A model generated the notes under the pieces. It saw nothing but the letters and a program-made list of their open reading frames with translations. It was not told the DNA's origin and ran no database searches. A stretch of DNA of 64,000 nt, taken from positions 49,257 to 113,256 of the forward strand of contig JBNMKZ010000001.1 of assembly GCA_050874585.1 (NCBI GenBank), given 5' to 3'. This document shows, in pieces, positions 41,855-52,086 of the stretch; within the stretch, counting starts at the first letter, position 1, and the number at the start of each line of letters is the position of its first letter. The stretch comes from Verrucomicrobiota bacterium. GTDB lineage: Bacteria > Verrucomicrobiota > Kiritimatiellia > RFP12 > UBA1067. The position numbers and the translations under genes were made by a program.

Positions 41855-43009
41855 TTACTTGCTGATGCCGAAGCGGTACTCCGTGCGACTACGGAAGGTC
41901 TCGCCAGGGCGGAGAACCGTCGACGGGAACTCGGGATGGTTCGGTGAATCAGGGTAGTGCTGGGTCTCAAGTGCCACGCCCGCAAACGGACAGAGCGTCT
42001 TCCCGGCCGCCTTGGCCGCCAAATTCGTCGTCATGTTCTGCGCCCCATACATCTGGAGACACGGCTCGGTCGTCCAGATTTCGAGTGCCCGACCCGAAAG
42101 TGGATCGCGCATACGAGCCGCCGGACGCAGGTCGCCCATCTTCCCGCGAAGGACAAAATTGTGGTCATACCAGTTGTCCATGGGGGCAAAGGCCTTCTCG
42201 GCGACCATCAACCGAGCCTTCGCACCAATCTTGCGCATCACGGTGAAGTCAAGCCCCGTCCCCTTGACAGGCGCATTTTGAGTGGGAATCAGCCCCGCAT
42301 CCGTCTGCGTATACTCGTCCGCAAAAATCTGCAGCTCCTGATCCAGCACATCACCACTCGACTCTCCGGCAAGATTCCAATAGGAATGGTGCGTCAGGTT
42401 GAGGACGGTCGGCTTATCCGTCGTTGCCTCATAGTCGATTGTCCAGCGGTTGTCCGCGCTCACGCGATAGGTCACCGTCGCCGTCACCGTTCCTGGCAAC
42501 CCCATCTCACCATCCTTCGAGACGTAGGCGAAAGCGATGCCCGTCTCCTTTTCCGTCGAGAAGGGTTCCGCCTTCCAAATCTTCGTATCCCAACCTTCCG
42601 GGCCACTGTGCAGGTTGCAGTGCCGCGCCGCCTTGTCCTCATTGATCGGCATCTGGTACTTGACACCGTCCAGGGTAAAAGTCCCGTTGGCGATGCGGTT
42701 GCCAAAACGTCCGATGATTGTACCCGCGGAGAAACCGTTCCGCTCGTATTCGCCCGCCGTATTCCATCCAAGCGTCACATCTGCCAAATTGCCGAACCGA
42801 TCTGGGGCATAGGCACGCACGAGACGTCCGCCATAGTCCGAGACATCCAAGATGAGACCATTTCCACTTTCAAGACGCCAGATATGCGTCTCGCGGCCAT
42901 CTGAAAGCGCACCAAACGGTAAAGGGCCCGAAACGGAAACCGCCGCCTGAGCCGACGATCCGACCAACAAGCCCGTCAAAACGGAAAAAGCAAGCATCAA
43001 TCGTTTCAT
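41855..43009 (-). CDS. galM: Aldose 1-epimerase (galactose mutarotase), exported
   Basis: Start moved to ATG 43007-43009 (MKRLMLAFSVLTGLLVGSSAQA signal). ...GRFGNRIANGTFTLDGVKYQ...NLHSG...LNLTHHSYWNL... mutarotase motifs. Confidence 0.88.
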   Translation of the reverse strand: MKRLMLAFSVLTGLLVGSSAQAAVSVSGPLPFGALSDGRETHIWRLESGNGLILDVSDYGGRLVRAYAPDRFGNLADVTLGWNTAGEYERNGFSAGTIIGRFGNRIANGTFTLDGVKYQMPINEDKAARHCNLHSGPEGWDTKIWKAEPFSTEKETGIAFAYVSKDGEMGLPGTVTATVTYRVSADNRWTIDYEATTDKPTVLNLTHHSYWNLAGESSGDVLDQELQIFADEYTQTDAGLIPTQNAPVKGTGLDFTVMRKIGAKARLMVAEKAFAPMDNWYDHNFVLRGKMGDLRPAARMRDPLSGRALEIWTTEPCLQMYGAQNMTTNLAAKAAGKTLCPFAGVALETQHYPDSPNHPEFPSTVLRPGETFRSRTEYRFGISK

Positions 43010-43016
43010 AACGCTT

Positions 43017-43025
43017 ATTTTAGCA
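43017..43025 (-). promoter_or_regulatory. Extended -10 element TGCTAAAAT (leaderless configuration) for galM
   Basis: 7 nt (AAGCGTT) separate it from ATG 43007-43009. Confidence 0.5.
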
Positions 43026-43070
43026 TTTCCGTGGAAGGGCTGCAACCGACCAAGGCATCCCGCACATGTG

Positions 43071-43154
43071 CCTAACATTCCTACCTGCAATTCAGACGCG
43101 CCCTAACTGGAACTTTTCTGAGTTCTACCTGCAACTCGAAAATGTTCCAGTTGG
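43071..43154. repeat. Short repeat cluster related to 13251-13307
   Basis: CTACCTGCAATTC (43081-43093) and CTACCTGCAACTC (43125-43137). CCCTAACTGGAAC (43101-43113) is inverted relative to GTTCCAGTTGG (43144-43154). Confidence 0.75.
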
Positions 43155-43233
43155 CAGGCACAGCGTTCAAAACGCCGCGTCAGGAGGCGACCTCCGAAGA
43201 GCACGAACTTCTGCCGCGCACCTGCATCCCTTC

Positions 43234-44463
43234 CTATGGAATCGACTCCCACGAACTCGACTTCCAGCCCCAAGTGAAAGGTGTCGTACGCGTCGGGCCA
43301 GACGACAACTGGACGTTGGTAAGAACGAGATTTGTCACGGACTGCACCTCCAATGGATTTGGCGCGGCAATTTTACCAGTTACATTCTCAAGACGCATAT
43401 TCACAAGCGGCGTTTCCGCCGTCCCCTTGAGGACAATTGGCTTGGCGGCCTCAATGCGTAGATTCTTCAATGTGACATTCCCGAATTCGCCAAGCGTAAT
43501 CGAAGGCTCAACATTGAAGAAGATTGGCGATCCCCGAACGACAATGTCACAATCCTCAACCACCAGATTGGACATTCGGCAACTTCCCCGCGTCCCTTCC
43601 TGCAGATAATGCAGCGGATGTTGAGAAAGAATGCCATTATTCCCAGAAATGCGCAACTTGTGAAAGTAACCATTTCGAATCGTTCCATCCGATGGACACC
43701 CCAAGCGAATGGCCTGACAGGAACTATCAAGTGAGCAATTCACGACCTCAAGGTCTTCGCACAGATCCGAATCCCCATCGGGACTGCGATTGGCGCGCAT
43801 CACGATGCAGTCATCCCCCGTCACAATCGTGGAATCGGCAACCCGCATCCGCTTGCACCCGTCGAAATGGATTCCATCGTTGTTAATCATCCGCTGGTCT
43901 CCAACGATTGTGATGCCGCGAACATCGATATCCTCACACATCCGAAGCCAGAATGTCCACCCGGGGCTGTCCTTAAATGTCACGCCTGAAAAGCGGATTT
44001 TTCGGCATCCCCAGAACTGCACCATGCGTGTACGGGGATGCGCAGGCTTGCGGAAGTGTTCCCCCGGCGGAACATTCCGATCATAGAACAAGGGACCCTG
44101 TCCATCAATCGTTCCTTCACCCGTAATGGAGACATTTTCACCTCCCAAGCAGACAAGGAAGGCCTTTTTCGAGCGCTCAGGTGCCTTTTTGATGCGTGGA
44201 TCATCAATGTCATCGTAGTCATCGGGCAAGGCAGACCCCCGAAGCACCGCGTTCTTGGCCAAGTGAAGATCGACACCACTGCGCAAGTAGATTGTGGCGC
44301 TCTCATAGAGTCCGTTCGTCAGCGTGACGCGTCCGCCCCCCTCCTTCGAAACAGCATCAATTGCCCGCTGAATTGCCGCGCCCGTCTTTTCAAGAACCAC
44401 CAACTCGCGCGCCTGACAGAAGAGCCCAGCAATTCCAACTACAATCAAAAATAACAATCGCAT
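43234..44463 (-). CDS. Glycoside hydrolase family 28 (polygalacturonase-like right-handed beta-helix)
   Basis: Signal peptide. NNDGIHFDGC and TGDDCIVMRA match the GH28 NTDG / G-DD catalytic motifs. Repetitive beta-helix pattern. Confidence 0.8.
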   Translation of the reverse strand: MRLLFLIVVGIAGLFCQARELVVLEKTGAAIQRAIDAVSKEGGGRVTLTNGLYESATIYLRSGVDLHLAKNAVLRGSALPDDYDDIDDPRIKKAPERSKKAFLVCLGGENVSITGEGTIDGQGPLFYDRNVPPGEHFRKPAHPRTRMVQFWGCRKIRFSGVTFKDSPGWTFWLRMCEDIDVRGITIVGDQRMINNDGIHFDGCKRMRVADSTIVTGDDCIVMRANRSPDGDSDLCEDLEVVNCSLDSSCQAIRLGCPSDGTIRNGYFHKLRISGNNGILSQHPLHYLQEGTRGSCRMSNLVVEDCDIVVRGSPIFFNVEPSITLGEFGNVTLKNLRIEAAKPIVLKGTAETPLVNMRLENVTGKIAAPNPLEVQSVTNLVLTNVQLSSGPTRTTPFTWGWKSSSWESIP

Positions 44464-44482
44464 CGCATCATCTCACTTTCGC

Positions 44483-45355
44483 TCATTTCACAGACTCAAG
44501 TCGTTCAAGCAAAGGACGAATGAACGACTCGTCAACTTCCATTCCCAAGTGGATGGTCGGTTTATTACCACCATGAAAATCGCTACCCGCTGATGTCAAG
44601 TAGCCGAGCCTCAGCGCGATTCGCGTGAATTCAATGTTCTCCTGCGTGGTATTCGCCTGATAAACCGACTCCACACCATCCAAGCCAACCTCCCGAAGAC
44701 GCGCCAATTCTCGCGCCGCCTTCTCATAGTCCGGGCCAACACATTTCCAGTCCTTCTCCCAGTACTTGGGATGCGCCATGATGGTCAGCCCCCCCGCCTC
44801 GTGAATCACCCGAAAAGAGTCCTCCTGGGAGGGATGCCAGCGGTCTTCATAGCAACGCGTTGCCGGTGGCGAAAGCGGTGTCAAATAGTTTTCAAACGCC
44901 GTTTTGACATCGGACGCATACTGGTGGTCGACCAACCATCGGGCGAAATGCGGACGGGCAAGAACATCCCCATGCGCATAAGAGGCGATATCATCCGCCT
45001 CAATTTCAATGCCAATCCGAGCAAAATTCTCCCGAATGCGCTCGTTTCTTGCATTGCGTCCCTCAAGGACGCGCTGAAGAAAGTTTCGAAGCCCCGGATG
45101 GCGCGGATTCACGCCAATTCCAAGAAGATGGAACTTGTCAAATCCAGCCCCAGGTTCAATTGACAATTCGATCCCAGCAAACCGCCGCACGGGTTCTTCT
45201 TCAGCCAATGGTTCGTCCAAGAACTCTTCAACGCCATCGCAGTTGTCATGGTCCGTCAGGGCCATTGCCCTGAAGCCCCGTCCTCTACGGGCGAGGTCGC
45301 CCGGCGAAAATGTGCCATCACTCGCCGTTGAATGGACGTGAAAGTCAACCAGCAT
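44483..45355 (-). CDS. PHP-domain phosphoesterase (TrpH/YciV-like)
   Basis: MLVDFHVHSTASDGTFSP...ALTDHDN...; C-terminal SAGSDFHG. Confidence 0.88.
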   Translation of the reverse strand: MLVDFHVHSTASDGTFSPGDLARRGRGFRAMALTDHDNCDGVEEFLDEPLAEEEPVRRFAGIELSIEPGAGFDKFHLLGIGVNPRHPGLRNFLQRVLEGRNARNERIRENFARIGIEIEADDIASYAHGDVLARPHFARWLVDHQYASDVKTAFENYLTPLSPPATRCYEDRWHPSQEDSFRVIHEAGGLTIMAHPKYWEKDWKCVGPDYEKAARELARLREVGLDGVESVYQANTTQENIEFTRIALRLGYLTSAGSDFHGGNKPTIHLGMEVDESFIRPLLERLESVK

Positions 45356-46718
45356 GAATCGCCTCGGACAGAAGATTGACCCAAGCCACCAGCCTCTCGC
45401 GCGTGTCGCATTCGACGATCAGCCTCAGATACGGCTCCGTATTCGACTTCCGCACATTAATCCACCCTTCGGCGTACTCAATGCGAATACCATCCATCTC
45501 ACTGCGCGAAAGTTCCGTCGGCAGGTTGCGACGAGCCGCCGCGAGGACACGTCCAATGGCAGCCTCCTTATCCTCAACCTTAAAATTCAGCTCACCCGAA
45601 TTGGCATAACGACCACAAATCGACGCCATCATCTGGGAGAATGACACTCCCTTCGATTTCGCCTTCGCAATCTCACCAAGAATGCGCAAGGCCGCCAGCA
45701 CGCCCGAATCGCACCCGAAGAATTCCTTGAAGTAGTAATGCCCCGCCAATTCGCCACCACAAATCGCGTCAATCTGACGCAAAATCGGCTTGGCAAACGC
45801 ATGGCCGACCGGGACCATAACAGGTTCGCACCCAAGTTCGCGAATCGCCTCAATCGATCCGCGCGAAGTCCGAACGTCGTGTATGACTTTCGGATGTTCC
45901 CGCCGTGCATCCAAACCCATGACATTCAAGGTCGCCTTGGCAACCACAGGAACCAAATAGTCAGGCTGGACAAATTCGCCGCGCTCATCAACGAACATAC
46001 AGCGATCCGCATCCCCATCAAAAATGACGCCGCAATCAAGCCCCCGCTCCCGCACGAGTGAGGCAATTTGCTCCCGCGCCTCGGCCTTCAGCGGATTCGG
46101 CGCATGGCAGGGAAAGCGTCCATCCAATGCATCGTTGATTATCACCGCACCTGGGAAAAGCTGCCGCGCCAGGATGGAAGACATCCCATTCGAGCAATCC
46201 ACCGCGTACTTAAGACCAGCCGATTCTGCCAAGACTGGCCCATGCTCCCGTTGCCAGGCAAGATACCGCGAAAGGCCATCCAATTGGCGGACTTCGGACG
46301 GTTTTCCAAGGACAGGCCCGTCTGCCGCGCCGCCACTGACAATTCGCTCCACCTCATTCAGCCCATCCGCATAGCCAACCGGAAGTGCCGTTCGCTTTGA
46401 GACCTTGAGACCATTGTCCGTTGGCGGATTATGGGAGGCCGTAATCATCACCGAGCCATCAAAGCCATCCTCCGCCGTAAAGAAATAGACCATTGGCGTG
46501 GTACAGAGTCCAAGATCCGTTACCTCTGCACCCGAATCCATCAAGCCTCGCAGAAGAGCCTCATGGACAACTGGCGAACTTTCGCGGCAGTCACGCCCAA
46601 TCAACCAACGCCCACCCCCAACAACACGCGGCAATGCACGGCCGACGCCATAAACAGTTTCGGGGCCAAAATCGGCCCCGAACGTCCCGCGCATGTCATA
46701 GGCCTTGAAAAATCCCAT
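45345..46718 (-). CDS. Phosphomannomutase/phosphoglucomutase
   Basis: FKAYDMRG; active-site loop ITASHNPPTDNGLKV; GVIFDGDADR metal loop. Confidence 0.93.
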   Translation of the reverse strand: MGFFKAYDMRGTFGADFGPETVYGVGRALPRVVGGGRWLIGRDCRESSPVVHEALLRGLMDSGAEVTDLGLCTTPMVYFFTAEDGFDGSVMITASHNPPTDNGLKVSKRTALPVGYADGLNEVERIVSGGAADGPVLGKPSEVRQLDGLSRYLAWQREHGPVLAESAGLKYAVDCSNGMSSILARQLFPGAVIINDALDGRFPCHAPNPLKAEAREQIASLVRERGLDCGVIFDGDADRCMFVDERGEFVQPDYLVPVVAKATLNVMGLDARREHPKVIHDVRTSRGSIEAIRELGCEPVMVPVGHAFAKPILRQIDAICGGELAGHYYFKEFFGCDSGVLAALRILGEIAKAKSKGVSFSQMMASICGRYANSGELNFKVEDKEAAIGRVLAAARRNLPTELSRSEMDGIRIEYAEGWINVRKSNTEPYLRLIVECDTRERLVAWVNLLSEAIHAG

Positions 46719-46738
46719 GGCAAACCGTTCCTTTCCGC

Positions 46739-47437
46739 TTACTTGAGCAAATCGCCCGCATCCTTCTCAAGTTCGGCCTTCGCTTCTGGGTCGGTATTCT
46801 TCTCCGCCTCATCAATCGCCGCCAGATAGTGAGCCTTCGCTTCGGCACGAAGCGAGGCCGAAAGATTCGTGTTTCCAAGGTCTGCGGCAAGTTCGGACAT
46901 GCGCTTCTTATTGCGGGCAAGAAGACCGTTCTTCGTCCATGTAATGCCCGTGCAGGGATCGGCCTCGCCTTTCGCATTCTCATCATTGACAAGGGTCTCG
47001 ACAAAGATGCCAAACTGCTCAAGAGCCGTCGCCTTATCCCCATTCTTCAGTGCGGCATGGGCACGAATCTTCGCCTTCGCGCCCGACTTCCACGTCTCGC
47101 TGTAGTCAGGCAACTCGTCAATCAGGTTCGCGGCCTTCTCATACTCGCCAATGAGAAAGGCACCATCAAGACGACGCTCGAAAAGCATGCGCGCCATGTC
47201 AGGGCTACATTTCTTGGAGACTTCCTCCATCTCGGCCAGGACACGCCGGAGCTCCTCGCAGGCCGCCACATCGGGCGAACCATCCCCAGCCTCCTTGTAA
47301 TACGTGCGCAGACACTGCGCACCCGCCTTGTCCGCCTCCGCACGAACACGATCCGTATACCGACGATAGCCGAAGATCGCCGCGACGGCAACAAGGATGA
47401 CAACGAGAACAATGCCAACGAGTGTATTTTTTTTCAT
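46739..47437 (-). CDS. Hypothetical membrane-anchored helical (TPR-like) protein
   Basis: MKKNTLVGIVLVVILVAVAAIFGY anchor followed by an all-helical region. The ATG lies 6 nt from an extended -10 located inside the 3' end of ribF. Confidence 0.55.
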   Translation of the reverse strand: MKKNTLVGIVLVVILVAVAAIFGYRRYTDRVRAEADKAGAQCLRTYYKEAGDGSPDVAACEELRRVLAEMEEVSKKCSPDMARMLFERRLDGAFLIGEYEKAANLIDELPDYSETWKSGAKAKIRAHAALKNGDKATALEQFGIFVETLVNDENAKGEADPCTGITWTKNGLLARNKKRMSELAADLGNTNLSASLRAEAKAHYLAAIDEAEKNTDPEAKAELEKDAGDLLK

Positions 47438-48270
47438 GGCGATATTGTACCACAATCTTTGGCAATTTGTCTTCGCAAATCTTCAATCTTCTCAAATTTT
47501 CTTTCGCCGCGTATGAACCGAACCATCTCCACAGATGCCGAATCACCCAACTGCGGCCATTCACCTTCGACCTTTTCGAGGATATGCACCTCAAGCATTG
47601 GCTCGGACCAGGCCATTTGCCCCATCGTTGGCGCAAGCCCAAAATTGGCAATTGCCCGCCGTTCCAGAAGCCGAACCTCGTATACACCATGCGGCGGATG
47701 TTGCAACCCGTCCCCGATTCGGACATTGACTGTCGGAAAGCCAATCTGCCGCCCCATGCCCTTGCCGCGCACAACCGTACCGCGCATCTTCCAGGAATGG
47801 CCCAGCATCGCATTCACCGCCTCAATCCGTCCCTCTGCAATTGCAGCTCGGATACGCGTCGACGAAATGGGCAAGCCCTCGTAGTCCGCATACGAAACAA
47901 CTTCTGCGTCAATTCCGTGCGCCCTTAGGTACGCGGCATTTCCAACGCCCCCTCGGCCGAAATTCCAGTTTCCGCCGCAATAGACCTTACGTTCCCGCAC
48001 ATACTGCCTGATGAAGTCATCCGGGGAAAGTGCGGCGAGTACCGGCGTAAACTCAAGTGCGCGTACATCCTTGACACCACAGGCCGCAATAGCCGCAAGG
48101 CGCTCCTCGGTGGACATAATGAGCCGCGGAGCACGGTTTGGCGCCAGAACTGAAAGCGGATGGTTCCGAAAGGTCAGAACAGCCGAGGCCCGGGCAAGGA
48201 TCGCCTGATGCCCCCGGTGCACACCATCAAAGAAACCTACCGCAAGGCCGTCGCGAGAGGTTTCACACAT
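47434..48270 (-). CDS. ribF: Bifunctional riboflavin kinase / FMN adenylyltransferase
   Basis: GFFDGVHRGHQAIL nucleotidyltransferase motif; C-terminal kinase part GRQIGFPTVN...GVY. Confidence 0.92.
   Translation of the reverse strand: MCETSRDGLAVGFFDGVHRGHQAILARASAVLTFRNHPLSVLAPNRAPRLIMSTEERLAAIAACGVKDVRALEFTPVLAALSPDDFIRQYVRERKVYCGGNWNFGRGGVGNAAYLRAHGIDAEVVSYADYEGLPISSTRIRAAIAEGRIEAVNAMLGHSWKMRGTVVRGKGMGRQIGFPTVNVRIGDGLQHPPHGVYEVRLLERRAIANFGLAPTMGQMAWSEPMLEVHILEKVEGEWPQLGDSASVEMVRFIRGERKFEKIEDLRRQIAKDCGTISP
47444..47452 (-). promoter_or_regulatory. Extended -10 element TGGTACAAT (leaderless configuration)
   Basis: 6 nt (ATCGCC) separate it from ATG 47435-47437. Confidence 0.45.
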
Positions 48271-48959
48271 GTCGCAAAATCCTTGATGTCCGTCTCAAGC
48301 AGACGATCAAATGCAATTGAATCGGCAACATCAAAACGTCCGACTTTCGTACGGCGCAAAGTCTCAAGACAAGCCCCGCATCCGAGTGAATCGCCAAGAT
48401 CGTTGACCAATGTCTTCACAAGAAGACCCTTCGTGGACACAACCTCAAATCCAACGGTTGGCGGATTGAACGATGTCACATCGAAGCGATAAACGTGCGC
48501 CATAAACGGCTTGTGAGCCCCCGTGTTGGCAATCTCATAGAGGGCCGAACCTTCACGCCGCACACTGCAGAAGGAACTCTCCGTCTGAAAGACATCCCCC
48601 CGGAACTCCGGAAGCACCGCCTTCAGTGCCGTCTCATCGGGAAGCGCGGCAGTTCCCTCACAGGAAACCTTTTCTCCCTGAATGTCATGCGTATTCGTCT
48701 TGAGGCCAAGACGGAGCGTCCCGACATAGGCCCGATCGGCCCCCATGACATCGCCCACATACCGGTTTGCCCCATTAATTAGAAGAACAAGCAACCCCGT
48801 CGCAGCCGCATCAAGCGAGCCGCCATGCCCGACCTTGACGAGATTGAACTTGCGCTTGACGGACTTCACCACGGTTGAAAAGGCTATACCGGCCGGCTTG
48901 TCGACGAGCAAGAACCCGTCCAAATCCTCCAACATTCGCAATTGCGTCAGATTGGCCAT
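48237..48959 (-). CDS. truB: tRNA pseudouridine(55) synthase
   Basis: GFLLVDKPAGIAFSTVVKSVKRKFNLVKVGHGGSLDAAATGLLVLLI contains the catalytic Asp motif. Confidence 0.93.
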   Translation of the reverse strand: MANLTQLRMLEDLDGFLLVDKPAGIAFSTVVKSVKRKFNLVKVGHGGSLDAAATGLLVLLINGANRYVGDVMGADRAYVGTLRLGLKTNTHDIQGEKVSCEGTAALPDETALKAVLPEFRGDVFQTESSFCSVRREGSALYEIANTGAHKPFMAHVYRFDVTSFNPPTVGFEVVSTKGLLVKTLVNDLGDSLGCGACLETLRRTKVGRFDVADSIAFDRLLETDIKDFATCVKPLATALR

Positions 48960-48975
48960 CGTTTAGTTCTCCCCA

Positions 48976-50133
48976 TCAGTGGATATTCCCTCGGCTCGGA
49001 TGGCTCTTCGCCTTCGGCTTCTCAAGCTTGAGAAATGTCGCGAACTTGAGGGCTTCGGCCGGGATTTCATCTCCCGTCGTATCGGGCATATCCTTCAGGT
49101 CTGGGGCCTCGGCGTGCGTATGGTGAAACTTTGTCTTCGGATTGACAATCGTGCGAAGAGCCGTCTTGAATTCATCGAGGCCGTCCCTCGTTGCGCACGA
49201 AACGGCGATGGGGCGAACCCCCGTCTCACGGACGAACCGTTCAAGGTTTTCCTTCGAGACTTCCGCATCCATCTTATTGGCAACAACCAGTGTCGGACGC
49301 TCCGCGAGTTCAGACGAATACTCGTCGATTTCCTTCTTCAGGACCTCATAATCCGTCCACGGCTCACGCGCATCCGTCCCCGCCATATCAATGACGTAGA
49401 CAAGGACTTTCGATCGTTCAAGGTGCTTCAGAAAGGCCAGGCCAAGCCCGACGCCTTTTGCCGCGCCTTCAATAATGCCTGGCACATCCGCCATACGAAC
49501 CTTCGCCCAGTCGTCGTAGATAATCGTCCCGACTACTGGATTCAATGTCGTGAACGGATAGCTCGCAATCTTTGGCGTTGCGGCAGACAGGACGGAAAGG
49601 AGCGAACTCTTGCCCGCATTTGGGAAGCCAAGAAGTCCCGCGTCGGCAATTGTCTTCAGCTCAAGGCGCAGGCGCTTTTCCTCAGGCTCGCCACCGGGCG
49701 TATGCTCCGTCGGCGCCTGATTGACGGACGACTTGAAGTGGACATTTCCGAACCCACCAGCCCCACCTTTCGCCACAATCACGCTCTGCCCCGGCTCTGT
49801 AATGTCGGCGATGAGCTGATCCGTCTCTACATCGTAGACTTCAGTCCCCAGCGGCACAGGGACAATCAAGTCCTTTCCGCGTTTGCCATACATCTTCTGC
49901 CCCTGGCCAGGAGCTCCATCCTGCGCAAAGCAACGCGGTTCATAATAGAGGGAGAGAAGCGAATTGATGTGCTCCGAAGCCTTGAAAATCACATCGCCGC
50001 CCCGACCGCCGTCGCCACCATCCGGCCCGCCGAACTCAACGAGCGCTTCACGCCGCATGGACATCGCACCATCCCCACCGCGCCCTGACCGAACCTGAAC
50101 TTCCACCTGGTCAATGAATGTCTTCGCCTTCAT
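48976..50133 (-). CDS. obg: GTPase Obg/CgtA
   Basis: FIDQVEVQVRSGRGGDGAMSMRRE...GGPDGGDGGRGGDV Obg fold; G1 GFPNAGKSSLL. Start set to ATG 50131-50133 with an AAAGGGGA RBS. Confidence 0.94.
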   Translation of the reverse strand: MKAKTFIDQVEVQVRSGRGGDGAMSMRREALVEFGGPDGGDGGRGGDVIFKASEHINSLLSLYYEPRCFAQDGAPGQGQKMYGKRGKDLIVPVPLGTEVYDVETDQLIADITEPGQSVIVAKGGAGGFGNVHFKSSVNQAPTEHTPGGEPEEKRLRLELKTIADAGLLGFPNAGKSSLLSVLSAATPKIASYPFTTLNPVVGTIIYDDWAKVRMADVPGIIEGAAKGVGLGLAFLKHLERSKVLVYVIDMAGTDAREPWTDYEVLKKEIDEYSSELAERPTLVVANKMDAEVSKENLERFVRETGVRPIAVSCATRDGLDEFKTALRTIVNPKTKFHHTHAEAPDLKDMPDTTGDEIPAEALKFATFLKLEKPKAKSHPSRGNIH

Positions 50134-50149
50134 CGTATCCCCTTTCACA

Positions 50150-50746
50150 TCATTGGGCCACGCGATTTGCGATTGCCCGCCTGAGCGTCAGGGGATCGGA
50201 ATAGGCGATTCCCGAATCGACCGGCAGGCCAAACGCCAGCCGAGTAATCGAAACGCCAGTCCCCTTCAGCAATTCTGCCACATACCCAGCGGTGGCATCA
50301 CCGTCCATATCGGTCGACAGTGCCAGAAGCACCTCCCGGATACCTTCCGTTCGCACCCGCTCGACAAGCTCATGAAGACGGAGTTTCTCCGGTCCCATTC
50401 GCCGCGCCGGGGACAACTTGCCGCCGAGCGCATGGTATCGCCCATGAAACGCGCCCGAAGCCTCAATGGGCAACACGTCAGCCGGTTCCTCAACCACGCA
50501 AATGACCTGCCCTTCCCGCGTCGCGTCCGTACACAGCACACACGGATTGCAATCGTCCGTGGTGAACGCCCCGCAGCGTGAGCAACACCGCACATGATTC
50601 CGCGCCTCCGTCAACGCGGCAACCAAAGGATCCGAAAGCCGACCTGGCTCACGAACAAGCGCAAGTGCCGCCCGCGCGGCAGAGCGGCGTCCGAACCCCG
50701 GCAACCGCGCCAGGCACTTCTCCAGCTCGTCAATCGGCTTCAGCAT
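50150..50746 (-). CDS. recR: Recombination protein RecR
   Basis: HhH N-terminus, C4 zinc finger CSRCGAFTTDDCNPCVLC, Toprim VICVVEEPADV. Confidence 0.95.
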   Translation of the reverse strand: MLKPIDELEKCLARLPGFGRRSAARAALALVREPGRLSDPLVAALTEARNHVRCCSRCGAFTTDDCNPCVLCTDATREGQVICVVEEPADVLPIEASGAFHGRYHALGGKLSPARRMGPEKLRLHELVERVRTEGIREVLLALSTDMDGDATAGYVAELLKGTGVSITRLAFGLPVDSGIAYSDPLTLRRAIANRVAQ

Positions 50747-50767
50747 CGCCCATTACGGCTCCTCGGC

Positions 50768-51088
50768 TCACTTACCGAAGAGTCCGCCCATTCCGCCGCT
50801 GGCCTGCATCATCTTGGCCATCTCGCGCTGAGTCGTCTCACGCGCCTTCTTGATGGCTCCGTTCACCACATTGAAGAGCATCGTCTCAAACCGCGCCGGC
50901 TTACCAGCCTTCACCTCATCGTAGGCAGACGGCTCGATGACGATCTTGTCAATCGACATATCGCCCTTCGCCACGACCGTAATGCCGCCGTTCGAATACT
51001 CGGCGGTAATCTTCTTGATTTCGGCCTCAATGCGCTTCGCTTCCGACCGCATCCTCATCGCCTCACGAATCTGATCCATCATTCCCAT
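50768..51088 (-). CDS. ybaB: YbaB/EbfC-family nucleoid-associated protein
   Basis: 106 aa; ...AEIKKITAEYSNGGITVVAKGDMSIDKIVIEPS...; conserved pairing upstream of recR. Confidence 0.9.
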   Translation of the reverse strand: MGMMDQIREAMRMRSEAKRIEAEIKKITAEYSNGGITVVAKGDMSIDKIVIEPSAYDEVKAGKPARFETMLFNVVNGAIKKARETTQREMAKMMQASGGMGGLFGK

Positions 51089-51138
51089 GACAACAAACCT
51101 CTATCTTTCCTTTGATTGGTTTACGACCCAACGGACAC

Positions 51139-52038
51139 TTAGGCAAACGCCTCGCCCGAAAGTTCCTCAAATGCCTTGATGTAAATCTCCCGCGTCCTTG
51201 CAATGACGTCATCCGGCAAGACCGGGCCCGGCGGCTGGTGGTTGAACTGAATTGAATCAAGCCAATCGCGCACGAACTGCTTGTCGAGCGAGGGCGGGTT
51301 CGACCCAACCTTGTAGCTGGCCTCGGGCCAAAAACGCGACGAGTCAGGCGTCAGAACCTCATCTGCAAGGATGAGCGAGCCATCCGCATCTCGGCCAAAC
51401 TCAAATTTCGTATCGGCAATGATAATCCCATGCTTGCGAGCGTGGTCGGCCGCCTTCGTATACAGGCCAATTGTCGCATTCTTCAAGGCCTTCGCGAGAT
51501 CGCTTCCGACGAGTTTTTCCGTCTCGGCATAGTTTATCGCCTCATCATGGTCGCCAATCGCCGCCTTTGTCGTCGGCGTAAAGAGAACCTCATCAAGACG
51601 CGAGGCATTTTCATAGCCATCGCGGAGCTTCTCGCCATTCACCGTGCGAGACTTCTGGTACTCCTTCCATCCCGAACCGGTCAAATAACCACGGGCAATG
51701 CACTCAATCTCAACCATGTTCACCTTGCGAACCAGCATCGAACGCCCGCGCAGGTCCTCCGCATAGGGACGCAGCTCAGCCGGGTACTCATCGACATTGG
51801 CCGTGATGAGATGATTCTTCATTCCCAGGAAATTCATCCAGAAAAGGGAAAGCCTGTTCAAGACCTTGCCCTTATCCGGCACTCCGCACGGCAGAATGAC
51901 GTCAAACGCGCTGATTCGGTCGGTTACGACCATCAGCAGCTTATCCCCAAGGTCAAAGACATCGCGTACCTTGCCGCTTTTCCGTTTCAGCCCTGGAATA
52001 TCGCACTCAAGAAGTGCATGATTCTTATCGTATTTCAT
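51139..52038 (-). CDS. purC: Phosphoribosylaminoimidazole-succinocarboxamide synthase
   Basis: GKVRDVFDLGDKLLMVVTDRISAFD...IIADTKFEFG... is canonical PurC (long form). Confidence 0.94.
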   Translation of the reverse strand: MKYDKNHALLECDIPGLKRKSGKVRDVFDLGDKLLMVVTDRISAFDVILPCGVPDKGKVLNRLSLFWMNFLGMKNHLITANVDEYPAELRPYAEDLRGRSMLVRKVNMVEIECIARGYLTGSGWKEYQKSRTVNGEKLRDGYENASRLDEVLFTPTTKAAIGDHDEAINYAETEKLVGSDLAKALKNATIGLYTKAADHARKHGIIIADTKFEFGRDADGSLILADEVLTPDSSRFWPEASYKVGSNPPSLDKQFVRDWLDSIQFNHQPPGPVLPDDVIARTREIYIKAFEELSGEAFA

Positions 52039-52065
52039 GGCAACCTTTCGTAAATTGAGGAGTAT

Positions 52066-52074
52066 ATTATACCA
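52066..52074 (-). promoter_or_regulatory. Extended -10 element TGGTATAAT for purC
   Basis: 27 nt upstream of the purC ATG, with a GAAAGG RBS in between. Confidence 0.55.
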
Positions 52075-52086
52075 TAATCGTCCCCG